A stretch of 64,000 bases of DNA from an uncultured delta proteobacterium (lineage in GTDB: Bacteria; Desulfobacterota; Syntrophia; Syntrophales; UBA5619). The stretch lies in NCBI GenBank assembly GCA_963817385.1, contig CAWFOM010000010.1, forward strand, positions 288,001 through 352,000, written 5' to 3'. The notes beneath the pieces were generated by a model. That model was not told the DNA's origin. It searched no databases and saw only the letters and a list, made by a program, of their open reading frames with translations. The first letter of the stretch is position 1, and each line of letters opens with the position of its first letter. This document shows, one piece after another, positions 1 to 9,814 of this stretch. The position numbers and the translations under genes were made by a program.

Positions 1-219
1 GACCGCCTTTTTCATATCCTGCATCAAAAAGGGGTTGTGGAGATCGCGGAGGGAGGGGGAAAGGAACCGTCGGGCAGCGTCAATGTTTGCTATTTCCCGG
101 CTCATGAGGATACGCGATACGATCGGACTGAGTCCGAGTTCATTGATTAAGAGATTCTGTGTATGTTTATCGCCCTCCCGCAAATGCCAGCGAGTTGTGG
201 GCAGTCTACCCGCCAACAT
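1..219 (-). CDS. recJ: Single-stranded-DNA exonuclease RecJ, 5' part (runs off window edge)
   Basis: Manual minus-strand translation: MLAGRLPTTRWHLREGDK...LGLSPIVSRILMSREI...ARRFLSPSLRDLHNPFLMQDMKKAV, typical RecJ N-terminus (LHxPFLMxDMxKAV). An alternative in-frame ATG is at 243. Not in ORF track. Confidence 0.85.
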   Translation of the reverse strand, partial: MLAGRLPTTRWHLREGDKHTQNLLINELGLSPIVSRILMSREIANIDAARRFLSPSLRDLHNPFLMQDMKKAV

Positions 220-279
220 CGTTTCTTGCAGTTTACCTCCCATCCCTGCCGGGCAGCTTCATTCATATCGCTGATTGTG

Positions 280-307
280 ATCATATCAATGTGCACCCCG
301 ATGTCAA
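280..307 (-). promoter_or_regulatory. Putative sigma70 promoter for recJ
   Basis: Minus strand TTGACA-16bp-TATGAT. Confidence 0.5.
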
Positions 308-595
308 GGAGAGATTTCCTTTCACTCTTGCATCTCTGATGTTTTTGTACTGAAGTGGTGGAGAGTGTTTAGCCGGTGTTTTTATGATGAAATAAATAGA
401 AACGTTCGAGCTGATTCAAAATAAAAAACAAGAAAACCTACCGCATGACAAATTATTGCAAATTCCAGATCAGATGCTTGGATCTCCAAAAAATTGCCAT
501 CAATGGGTCTCCCCAAGATGTGATGTAAAATCAAACAGGCAGAAACAGCTCCATTCGATCGCGCCCGCCCGTAATGGCATTGTGGGAGTCTTTAC

Positions 596-793
596 TCAAA
601 CGGCCTTCTTGAGAAAGCCTGAGCGTATACACCGGGTACACGCCTTGATGCGCTTCACCGCTCCTGTCTTGCCATCTATACACCGAATCTTCTGAAGATT
701 GGGGTACCATATCTTAGTGCTCTTATTGTTCGCATGGCTGACTTTATGACCAACCATTGGTTTTTTACCGCAAATATCACAGATTCTCGACAT
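596..793 (-). CDS. rpmB: 50S ribosomal protein L28 (Cys-containing form)
   Basis: [34 protein letters not shown]...[16 protein letters not shown] upstream of ATG at 793. Confidence 0.97.
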   Translation of the reverse strand: MSRICDICGKKPMVGHKVSHANNKSTKIWYPNLQKIRCIDGKTGAVKRIKACTRCIRSGFLKKAV

Positions 794-1005
794 ACACAAG
801 CTCCTCTCTGAAACGCTGCCGGTTACTAAACCAAATCGGCCCATAATGCAAGCGTTTTTTAACGGCTTCCATAAAACAGCCCATATCCAATCCCCGAGCA
901 ACATCTCCTTTGATTGTGATCTACGAAAATAGAGACCGCATTCGTCAGGAATTGCATATTGGACCTAAGAAAATATTTAAGTCAAGGCAACTGATTTCAG
1001 GCGCT

Positions 1006-2319
1006 TTATCCGTTTTTCATCAATGGGGGCTGGCCGGTAGCTTCAAGCACCCTCATCCACACATTGCCACCCGGTTCCACTTTTGTTCCGGAAGATACCA
1101 TGTTCAAGGGGAGATGCACATATTCGTCTTTCATCAAACCGACGAGCATGCCTGTCTTTCCGGCCATGCCAGCATGAACCGCATACTGACCCAATGCCCC
1201 GCAATACATGCTGTCACTGGCATTAGCCGGGACGCTACGAATCGTATAGCTCGGGTCTATGTACTTGAGATTGACCTCCATTCCAGTTCGTCTGAAATAC
1301 TCCTCCGTGGCGGTTTTGAGGAAGAGACCAATGTCGAGCAGATGTGGGTTGCCAGAGGCATCCGTCTCCATAGGTTGACCCTCCTTTCGAAGGTGTTCCT
1401 GCCCCGCACCCTCAGCCACAAGGATGACACAATGGGCACGTTCCCGCAGACGCTTCTCGACGGCCCTCAGAAGACCTTTCTCTCCTTCCATGTCAAAGGG
1501 GACTTCGGGAATCAAAACAAAGTTGACATCAGTCTGTGCCAGGGCGGCACCTGCAGCAATATGACCGGACTGTCGGCCCATGATCTTGACTAAGCCGATG
1601 CCGTTCGGGGCACCCTTAGCTTCAACATGTGCGCACTGGATCGCTTTGACCGACTCGGATATGGCCGTGTCAAACCCGAAGGTTTTTTGTATCAGATTCA
1701 GGTCGTTATCGATGGTCTTCGGAATACCGATGACCCCGATATTCTGGCCTCGACGCGTGATTTCTTCGGTGAGCCTTTCCGTTGCTCTCATCGTCCCGTC
1801 CCCACCAATACAAAACAGAAGGTCTATATTCATACGTTTGAGGGCGTTAACCATCTCACCGACATCCTGCCGTCCGCGTGAAGAGGAAAGGATGCTCCCA
1901 CCCAATGTATTGATATCCATTACGATTCCCGGCATTAATTCCACTACGGGGTGACTGTATTTTGGAATAAGCCCCTGAAACCCGTACTTTAGTCCGACGA
2001 TATTGCGAACTCCATACCGATGATATAGCTCCATGACTATCGTCCGGATCACATCGTTGATACCAGGGCAGAGTCCCCCGCAGGTTACGATGGCAGCCTT
2101 GGTCTTTGAGGGATCGAAGAATATCATCTCACGCGGCCCTGCAACTTCGACAGAAAGAGGACTCCCGTCCGGCGCCTTGAAACGGTCGTACTGATTGAGG
2201 TAGATATTAAAGAGTATCCTTTTAGCATCCGAGGTGAAATAACTGACTGTTACGGGGGAGGGGATGGTGCACCCACCAAGATTCTGAATGGTGAAATTAT
2301 ACAGGATATTACTTTCCAT
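1006..2319 (-). CDS. pfkA: 6-phosphofructokinase (mixed-substrate / group X type)
   Basis: VTCGGLCPG, IGGDGT, PKTIDND, FGFDTA, MGRQSG and YIDPSY motifs. Confidence 0.92.
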   Translation of the reverse strand: MESNILYNFTIQNLGGCTIPSPVTVSYFTSDAKRILFNIYLNQYDRFKAPDGSPLSVEVAGPREMIFFDPSKTKAAIVTCGGLCPGINDVIRTIVMELYHRYGVRNIVGLKYGFQGLIPKYSHPVVELMPGIVMDINTLGGSILSSSRGRQDVGEMVNALKRMNIDLLFCIGGDGTMRATERLTEEITRRGQNIGVIGIPKTIDNDLNLIQKTFGFDTAISESVKAIQCAHVEAKGAPNGIGLVKIMGRQSGHIAAGAALAQTDVNFVLIPEVPFDMEGEKGLLRAVEKRLRERAHCVILVAEGAGQEHLRKEGQPMETDASGNPHLLDIGLFLKTATEEYFRRTGMEVNLKYIDPSYTIRSVPANASDSMYCGALGQYAVHAGMAGKTGMLVGLMKDEYVHLPLNMVSSGTKVEPGGNVWMRVLEATGQPPLMKNG

Positions 2320-3781
2320 GGCTTTGAACCTCCTTTTCTACCAAAGACGCAGCATCCATTCCTGAGAGAATCTCTCCCTCGAAACCGAGACCTGCCCGTA
2401 ATATTCCTCCGGTCAAGAGGACATTGGAAAGGGGAGTCTTTGGCGAGAGGATTTTCATTGCAATGATCGACCTCTTTCGTACATGGTATTTTTTATTGAT
2501 GATCTCCTGAGATTGTCTCGCAAGGGCAATCGATTTTTCAATATTGATATAATCGATACTCTCTCGTAAAAAAGGGAGGAACCAGTCAAGTGAATTAATG
2601 ATAGTATTAGCGATTACCTTCAACTCCAAATCATCAAGGACCAGTGGAGAATCTTTCAGATACACAGTGACACTGACCGCTCGTCTTCCTTCCGGTGCCC
2701 TATAGGTATCACCCGGCAGGCTCATCTCGAGAAACAAGAGATTTTGATCCTGTGCCGGTTTATTTTCATCCGGTACCACAACTGAATAAGGGGTAATTTT
2801 CTCCGGAATCCCTTCTTCATGAATTCCCATATGCAGGCAAAAAGGATGCGCATATGGCCGGTAGAAGTCTAAGCGATTAACCAAGCGTCGGAAGATCTTC
2901 TGCTGAAACAGCAAGAGATTTAATTTTTCCCATTGTGCGCTGACAATAAGCTTCTTGCCGCGGATAGTTGTTGATACTCCCGAGCTTTCCAGATCGATAT
3001 TAATATCTGGTCTCGTGTCGATGCGCATGATTGAACACCCGTCTATCAGTTCCCCGCCGGCATCCGTGAATCCCTTACGCAGCCAGTTTAACCAGGTATT
3101 TCGACCGCCGACTGGATAGAAAACACCCCTTGTCGGCAGGGTGAGAAGGTACGCGGCTGAGATGGGAAAAGGAATGCAATTTATGTCCAAATAGGAAAGC
3201 ATGGTAATCTGTGCCTTAATTACGCTTCTAAGTGCACATAAATCGCCATTTCCGCGAATAATCAGGGAAGTGCGACCTGCAAGAGCGGTAGTAATTCGAA
3301 GCATCCCGCGGATTAGTCTCCTGAATGCATTAAGTTTTTCAGCACCATCTTCGCTTATCCAGCGTTCGATGAGAGTCGCATTTTTTGATACGGCAGAATA
3401 GAAACGCCGAATCTCCTTCTCATGTTGCGGAAATTCGCGAATGATATCTGAGATTAACTGATCACGGTCATGAAAAAGATCGACCCGATGACCGGGAAGT
3501 ATCACCTGGAAGGCGGGATCCATAAGAAGTAACTGGGGGGCTTCATCAGGCGAAAGATGAAGCTGCCTGAGGAGGCGAAGGATTATCTGTTCCTGTCCAA
3601 AACCCGAAAGGGGCGTCGGATCGATCGGAAAGATGTATCCCGATTCTCGATACTCTGCTTCCTGATTTCCCTCATTAACCAAGACCGTTTTCAGTCCACG
3701 ACGAGATGCAGTCAATGCTGCAACTAACGAACTTAAATCCTGGCCAACGATAATAGCATCATACATTTGACTTACGCCCAA
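2309..3781 (-). CDS. Phytoene-dehydrogenase-like FAD/NAD(P)-binding oxidoreductase, degenerate Rossmann motif
   Basis: YDAIIVGQDLSSLVAA N-terminus, FYPVGG, C-terminal KTPLSNVLLTG...GLGFEGEILSG. Confidence 0.6.
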   Translation of the reverse strand: MGVSQMYDAIIVGQDLSSLVAALTASRRGLKTVLVNEGNQEAEYRESGYIFPIDPTPLSGFGQEQIILRLLRQLHLSPDEAPQLLLMDPAFQVILPGHRVDLFHDRDQLISDIIREFPQHEKEIRRFYSAVSKNATLIERWISEDGAEKLNAFRRLIRGMLRITTALAGRTSLIIRGNGDLCALRSVIKAQITMLSYLDINCIPFPISAAYLLTLPTRGVFYPVGGRNTWLNWLRKGFTDAGGELIDGCSIMRIDTRPDINIDLESSGVSTTIRGKKLIVSAQWEKLNLLLFQQKIFRRLVNRLDFYRPYAHPFCLHMGIHEEGIPEKITPYSVVVPDENKPAQDQNLLFLEMSLPGDTYRAPEGRRAVSVTVYLKDSPLVLDDLELKVIANTIINSLDWFLPFLRESIDYINIEKSIALARQSQEIINKKYHVRKRSIIAMKILSPKTPLSNVLLTGGILRAGLGFEGEILSGMDAASLVEKEVQSHGK

Positions 3782-3833
3782 TTGGATGTGCGACGAAAGA
3801 AACTTTTTTTCCGCTGTACATGTGAAGAAAAGG

Positions 3834-4499
3834 TTAAAACATGGTCAGAGGAGGATTGTGGAGTGCATTTCCCGCTAACCTTTGTCCATTCCGAATATAG
3901 ACTCTACGGCCATTAACCTCAATTTTTCGCTCCGCATAATATTGAATAGCCTGCGGATAAATCTTGTGTTCTTCTTTCAATATCCGTGCTGAGAGAGTAT
4001 TGGCGTCATCGTCATCGTAAACCGGGACAACTGACTGAATGATGATTGGCCCCGAATCAACGCCTTCATCCGCAAAATGAACAGTGCATCCGGAAAACTT
4101 GACTCCATATTCGACAGCTTTCTGCTGTACGTTGGTACCGGGAAATGCGGGTAGAAGTGCGGGATGGATATTCATAATCCGTAGGGGAAAAGCCCGAAAG
4201 AATTCGTGAGAAAGAATTCGCATGAAACCGGCCATTATCACAAGTTCGACACCCGATGATTGAAGAATTGTAATTATCCTACGATCAAATCCCTCACGGG
4301 TACCGAATTCGTGATGGTTTACAACAGCGGTTGGGATGCCGTGTTTAATGCACCGTTCGAGAGCGTAGGCGCCAGGGTTATTGCTAATGACCATCCTGAT
4401 TTCCACATCCAATGTTCCACTTTCAATATGATCGATAATGGACTGCAGATTTGAACCGTTTCCTGAAACAAGGACCCCGATACCGACTTTATTATGCAT
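3834..4499 (-). CDS. purN: Phosphoribosylglycinamide formyltransferase
   Basis: VLVSGNGSNLQ, MAGFMRIL, NIHPALLP, GCTVHF, VDSGPII. Confidence 0.97.
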   Translation of the reverse strand: MHNKVGIGVLVSGNGSNLQSIIDHIESGTLDVEIRMVISNNPGAYALERCIKHGIPTAVVNHHEFGTREGFDRRIITILQSSGVELVIMAGFMRILSHEFFRAFPLRIMNIHPALLPAFPGTNVQQKAVEYGVKFSGCTVHFADEGVDSGPIIIQSVVPVYDDDDANTLSARILKEEHKIYPQAIQYYAERKIEVNGRRVYIRNGQRLAGNALHNPPLTMF

Positions 4500-4554
4500 T
4501 GCATGAATCCCTGCGAAAAATTAGTACTGATACGTCATCATGGGTGATAAATCG

Positions 4555-5598
4555 TTACACACAAGCTACGGTCGGCTGATCATTTTCCTTCTTTTCAATT
4601 ATTCCAATCGAATAGGCTCTCTCACCAAGCTTATCAAACCTCTCCATGATTTCCGGGTGATCTTTTTCGGCTACGATGAGGATCATCCCGATGCCCATAT
4701 TGAAGACCCGTAGCATTTCATTATCATCGATATTACCGATGTTCTGAATTAATTCAAAAATTGCCGGTATCTGCCAGCTTCCTTTTGTTATAACTGCCCT
4801 ACAGGGACCCGGAAGTATCCGGGGAATATTATCAATGAAACCACCACCGGTGATATGGACTATTCCGCGAATGTGGAAATTCTTGATGATATTGAGAATC
4901 GACTTTACATAAATTCTTGTAGGCGTGAGAAGTTCCATCCCGATTGTCTGTGTTAACCCTTCGATCCGATCATCTGGGTTGAGCTTTCCCTCTTCGAAAA
5001 GCACTCGCCTCGCCAATGAAAATCCGTTGCTGTGAAGACCCGATGAGGCAATACCGACAATTCGGTCACCGACACGAATTTCGGAACCATCGATCAGTTT
5101 ATCAGCCTCTACTACCCCCACGCAAAAACCGGCCAGATCATACTCCCCGTCTGGATAAAAACCCGGCATCTCGGCAGTTTCTCCGCCGATAAGAGCGCAA
5201 CCGGCCTCATGACATCCTTTTACGATCCCTTCTACGATCTGCACACTCGTATCAATGTGCAATTTCCCCGTGGCAATGTAATCCAGAAAGAAAAGCGGTT
5301 CCGCCCCTTGTACAACGACATCATTTACCGACATAGCCACGAGGTCAATCCCTACCGTATCATGCTTGCCCATGAGCTGTGCGATCTTCAGCTTTGTACC
5401 CACGCCATCAGTTGAAGAGACTAGGATGGGATCCCGATTTTTACTAATATCCAGATGAAAAAGACCACCGAACCCACCGATCCCGCTCATCACTTCCCGC
5501 CGGGACGCAATCTTTATCAGAGGCTTGATCCTTTCAACGAAAGAATTTGCCCGGTCGATATCGACTCCTGAATCTTTGTAGGTTATTTTTCTTTTCAT
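4555..5598 (-). CDS. purM: AIR synthase
   Basis: TYKDSGVDI, STDGVGTK, GGETAEMPG, SSGLHSNG, HITGGG, FNMGIG. Confidence 0.97.
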   Translation of the reverse strand: MKRKITYKDSGVDIDRANSFVERIKPLIKIASRREVMSGIGGFGGLFHLDISKNRDPILVSSTDGVGTKLKIAQLMGKHDTVGIDLVAMSVNDVVVQGAEPLFFLDYIATGKLHIDTSVQIVEGIVKGCHEAGCALIGGETAEMPGFYPDGEYDLAGFCVGVVEADKLIDGSEIRVGDRIVGIASSGLHSNGFSLARRVLFEEGKLNPDDRIEGLTQTIGMELLTPTRIYVKSILNIIKNFHIRGIVHITGGGFIDNIPRILPGPCRAVITKGSWQIPAIFELIQNIGNIDDNEMLRVFNMGIGMILIVAEKDHPEIMERFDKLGERAYSIGIIEKKENDQPTVACV

Positions 5599-5940
5599 AA
5601 GGAACTCCATTATTTGGTACGCCTGTGATAAAACAGACGGGAAAAGATATTGCATGACGATGATGTATTAAATACAGCTAAACCATGGGTAAAGCATGTC
5701 TGCACTATTTTAATCTCAGCCCATCCCTAACGTGGTCAGGGATGGGGTGGGGGTGAGAAGGCCCCACACCTTCAGTGAATCAACGTTGTTGGTGAGTAAT
5801 ATTTACTCAAAGCTTTTTTAGCGTAACTCAGCCTCAAAGTCAATTCTTTCCTTGCAGTCGGAAGGAACGTCTGATAAAGAAATAAAGGCTTTCTACACGA
5901 TATTATTGTGATTAATTTTCGCATATTGTTATAATGAGAA

Positions 5941-8400
5941 ATGGAATTGATGGAAAAATTACTAAAAAAAATGGAGGCACCTCTCTTGTTTGTAACGGAC
6001 AATGATTACGACCGATTACCTCTGGTAAAGAATTTGGAGGGTGTCATGACCGGACTCTCACAACAGATCCGCGATGAAATCAATCGTGACATCCCTGAAC
6101 CACAGAAGGATGAAATAGAGAGGCTTTCCGTAACATTAGCGAAACTATTCAAAGGCTATGACAGTCTGTCGCGGGAAAAGAAAAAGGATCATATTGCCGA
6201 GGCTATCCAGCATGTTTCCAAACTTAAAGCAATCTTGAAGATTTCCTCAAAGATACCGAATGATGAGGAACAGTCCCCAAAACCGGAAGATAAGGAGCAG
6301 ACCATTAAACTGCTATCGCTTCCTGTGCGTTCCATCCGCGGTATTGGTCCTCAGATTGCCGCACTTCTGGGGAAAAAGAATCTTTTTACCGTCGAAGATA
6401 TGCTTTACTTTTTGCCCAAGCGATACGAGGACCGCCGTACGATTTGTCGCATCTCGGAAACAGTTCCGGGAGCCAGACAGACCATTATCGGGAAGATCAT
6501 TCGTTCGGATATTCACTTCTACGGTAGAAAGAGGATCTTCGCGGTCACCATTGACGACGGCTACGGGATTCTCAAAGTCAAATGGTTCAAGGGGCGAGAG
6601 ACTTTCTTGAGGGGAACTTTCAAGACCGGAAAGCGTGTCATCCTGACCGGAGAGGTCAGGGGATTGCCCTTTGAGACGAATATGATCCATCCCGATTTTG
6701 AAGTACTCGATGAAAATGAAGATACCCTGCTCCATTTCAAAAGGATTGTTCCAATTTATTCAGAAACGGAAGGAATTCACCAGAAAACGTTACGACGGAT
6801 CATGTGGCGGGTGGTACGGGATTATGCACACCTTCTTCGGAGTCCCATCCCGTTAGAGCTCTTCAGGAAACATCGACTGATGGAGATTGGTAAAGCGGTC
6901 TGTCAGGTCCATTTTCCCGATCTCGATCAGGTGATGGATGAATATCAGGAGATGCGCTCAGATGCGCACAGAAGTCTCATCTATGATGAATTCTTTTTTT
7001 TCCAGCTTGGCATGGCCTTGAGAAAAAAAGGGGGGAGCATCACACGGAGAATATCTTTCAGACCAGGGGGTGTGATGCTGAGGCGATTTTATAAGTCGCT
7101 TCCATTTACTCTAACCGCCGCCCAGCAAAGAGTCATAGCGGACATAGAACGAGACATGACATCTTTCACGAGCATGAATCGCCTGCTCCAGGGAGATGTC
7201 GGTTCAGGAAAGACAGTCGTTTCCATGGCAGCGATGATCATCGCCTGTGAGAATGGTTTTCAATCCGCTCTGATGGCGCCCACGGAAATCCTAGCGGAGC
7301 AGCATTATCGGAATCTGAAGGGTTGGTCGGAAACAATTGGTCTAAAAATCGAATTTCTGACGGGAAGTATGAATATTGTCAAAAAAAAGGAACTCCAGGC
7401 GCGCATTATGAGTGGCGAGATCGACATAATAATAGGTACCCATGCATTGATCCAGGAGGGAATCACTTTCAGAAATCTGGGGCTGGTGGTGATTGATGAA
7501 CAGCATCGTTTTGGAGTAATCCAGAGAGCCGCGCTGCGAAATAAAGGTACGGTGCCGGATGTCCTCGTCATGACGGCGACCCCGATTCCAAGAACATTGG
7601 CAATGACGGTATATGGGGATCTTGATGTTTCAGTCATTGATGAGATGCCTCCCGGAAAGAAAACGATTCGGACGAAGGTGTTTTCCGAAGCCCAGAGGAA
7701 CCACGTCTATGAAATCATGCGCCGTGAAGTCCAGAAAGACAATCAGGTCATTATCGTCTATCCGCTCATCGAAGAGTCGGAAAACCTTGCCCTTAAGGAT
7801 GCCACCCGCATGGCTGAGCATTTGCAGCGGGTGATCTTTCCAGACGCCCATATCGGTCTTATACACGGACGGATGAAGGGAACAGAGAAGAACCGGATCA
7901 TGTCAGATTTCATAGGGAAAAAGATACAGATCCTTGTATCAACGACGATTATCGAAGTCGGCATTGATATTCCTACAGCGTCGATGATGGTCATCGAGCA
8001 TGCGGAACGATTCGGCCTTTCGCAGCTTCATCAGTTGCGAGGCAGAGTCGGGCGTAGCGATATCCCTTCCTACTGCATTCTTTTAGCACAGCGCAGCGGG
8101 ACTGACAATGCGCGGAAACGACTGCGAATCATGGAAGAGACAAACGATGGCTTCCACATTGCCGAGGAGGATCTGGCCATCCGAGGTCCCGGTGAATTTA
8201 TGGGAACAAAACAATCCGGACTGCCCGATTTCCGGGTAGCCAACATCATCCGTGATTGTCGTATTTTGAGCGATGCCAAGACGGACGCGTTTGCACTTGT
8301 GGATAAGGATCCGTGTCTGGAAAGACCTGATCATATCCCGATCAGAGAGGTTCTGGACCGACGATGGGGAGGCAGGCCGGATCTGGTAAAAACAGGATGA
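5941..8400 (+). CDS. recG: ATP-dependent DNA helicase RecG with N-terminal extension
   Basis: QGDVGSGKT, DEQHRFG, MTATPIPRT, QLHQLRGRVGR, RGPGEFMG. Confidence 0.97.
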   Translation: MELMEKLLKKMEAPLLFVTDNDYDRLPLVKNLEGVMTGLSQQIRDEINRDIPEPQKDEIERLSVTLAKLFKGYDSLSREKKKDHIAEAIQHVSKLKAILKISSKIPNDEEQSPKPEDKEQTIKLLSLPVRSIRGIGPQIAALLGKKNLFTVEDMLYFLPKRYEDRRTICRISETVPGARQTIIGKIIRSDIHFYGRKRIFAVTIDDGYGILKVKWFKGRETFLRGTFKTGKRVILTGEVRGLPFETNMIHPDFEVLDENEDTLLHFKRIVPIYSETEGIHQKTLRRIMWRVVRDYAHLLRSPIPLELFRKHRLMEIGKAVCQVHFPDLDQVMDEYQEMRSDAHRSLIYDEFFFFQLGMALRKKGGSITRRISFRPGGVMLRRFYKSLPFTLTAAQQRVIADIERDMTSFTSMNRLLQGDVGSGKTVVSMAAMIIACENGFQSALMAPTEILAEQHYRNLKGWSETIGLKIEFLTGSMNIVKKKELQARIMSGEIDIIIGTHALIQEGITFRNLGLVVIDEQHRFGVIQRAALRNKGTVPDVLVMTATPIPRTLAMTVYGDLDVSVIDEMPPGKKTIRTKVFSEAQRNHVYEIMRREVQKDNQVIIVYPLIEESENLALKDATRMAEHLQRVIFPDAHIGLIHGRMKGTEKNRIMSDFIGKKIQILVSTTIIEVGIDIPTASMMVIEHAERFGLSQLHQLRGRVGRSDIPSYCILLAQRSGTDNARKRLRIMEETNDGFHIAEEDLAIRGPGEFMGTKQSGLPDFRVANIIRDCRILSDAKTDAFALVDKDPCLERPDHIPIREVLDRRWGGRPDLVKTG

Positions 8401-8503
8401 CAGATGAATTCTTTTGACAAATTGTCACCACTTGATATAGAAACGGTCATCATTTTCGGTAATCAGAGCAGATGCACACATATTCACTAGCGAGTACAAG
8501 ACC

Positions 8504-9814
8504 ATGAAAAAGATATCCGTTGGGCTCATCGGTTTCGGAACTATCGGCACGGGAGTTGTCAAACTCCTTCAGCAAAATGGAGACCTCCTCTCCGAACGTG
8601 TCGGAGCTGAGATCTATCTGAAAAGGATTGCTGATATCGATATCTGCAAATCCAGAGGAGTTGCGGTTGATAACGCTTTACTCACAACTGATGCCGCCGA
8701 TATTCTCCATGATCCGGAGATCAGTATTGTCGTTGAACTCATGGGTGGTTATGAACCGGCGCGAACGTTTATTCTTGATGCCATGCGCTGGAAAAAACAC
8801 GTAGTAACGGCCAACAAGGCCCTGCTTGCAACCCACGGAGACGAGATCTTTCAAAATTCCCTTCGAGAGGGAGTCAACATCGGATTTGAAGCCAGCGTTG
8901 GCGGAACCATACCCATCATCAAGACAATAAAAGAAAGCCTGATTGCGAATAGGATTCAATCCATTTTCGCCATCATGAACGGAACGTCCAATTTCATTCT
9001 CAGTAAGATGACCGATGAGGGAAAGTCGTTCGCAGTGGTTCTCAAGGAGGCTCAAGCGTTGGGTTTTGCCGAGGCCAATCCAGTTTACGATATAGAGGGG
9101 ATCGACGCTGCGCATAAGTTAGCTATACTTCTCTCCCTCTCCTATGGGAAGAAGGTGCGTCTGGATGATATTTATCGTGAGGGAATCGCGGAGATCAGCG
9201 AGCAGGATATCGAATTCGCACGGGAGCTCGGTTATCGTATCAAGCTCCTCGCCATTGCAATCAGCAGAGGCCGAGAGATCGAGGCGCGGCTTCACCCGAC
9301 GATGATCCCCTTTGATCACCTCCTCGCCAATGTCAACGGAAACTTTAATGCCTTCCACATTATCGGCGATGCCGCCGATTCAGTATTCCTCTATGGCCAG
9401 GGAGCGGGGATGATGCCGACGGCCAGCGCCGTGATTAGCGATATCGTCGATATATCCAGAGACATTCTGAAGGGAATAACCGGGCGTATTCCTCCACGGG
9501 TGCGCAATGAAGAGAGCATCGAATCGATCCGGTTACTGCCTTTCGATGAGATCAAGACAAATTATTATTTCCGGTTTTCCGCTGTCGATCGCCCTGGCGT
9601 TCTATCACGGATCTCCGGAATACTGGGTGCAAACAATATCAGTATCGCCACAGTCATCCAGAAGGGAAGGAAGCAAAGTGGGGCCGTGCCCGTTGTCATG
9701 ACCACCTATAAGGCACGGGAACACGATGTCCGCAAGGCAATAGAGGATATCGATCAGCTCGATATCGTGATGGGTAAAACCATGCTGATCAGAATCGAGG
9801 ACGACAAACTCTAA
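8504..9814 (+). CDS. hom: Homoserine dehydrogenase (C-terminal ACT domain)
   Basis: GFGTIG, VVTANKA, FEASVGG, NGTSNFIL, GAGMMPTASAV, DRPGVL. Confidence 0.95.
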   Translation: MKKISVGLIGFGTIGTGVVKLLQQNGDLLSERVGAEIYLKRIADIDICKSRGVAVDNALLTTDAADILHDPEISIVVELMGGYEPARTFILDAMRWKKHVVTANKALLATHGDEIFQNSLREGVNIGFEASVGGTIPIIKTIKESLIANRIQSIFAIMNGTSNFILSKMTDEGKSFAVVLKEAQALGFAEANPVYDIEGIDAAHKLAILLSLSYGKKVRLDDIYREGIAEISEQDIEFARELGYRIKLLAIAISRGREIEARLHPTMIPFDHLLANVNGNFNAFHIIGDAADSVFLYGQGAGMMPTASAVISDIVDISRDILKGITGRIPPRVRNEESIESIRLLPFDEIKTNYYFRFSAVDRPGVLSRISGILGANNISIATVIQKGRKQSGAVPVVMTTYKAREHDVRKAIEDIDQLDIVMGKTMLIRIEDDKL

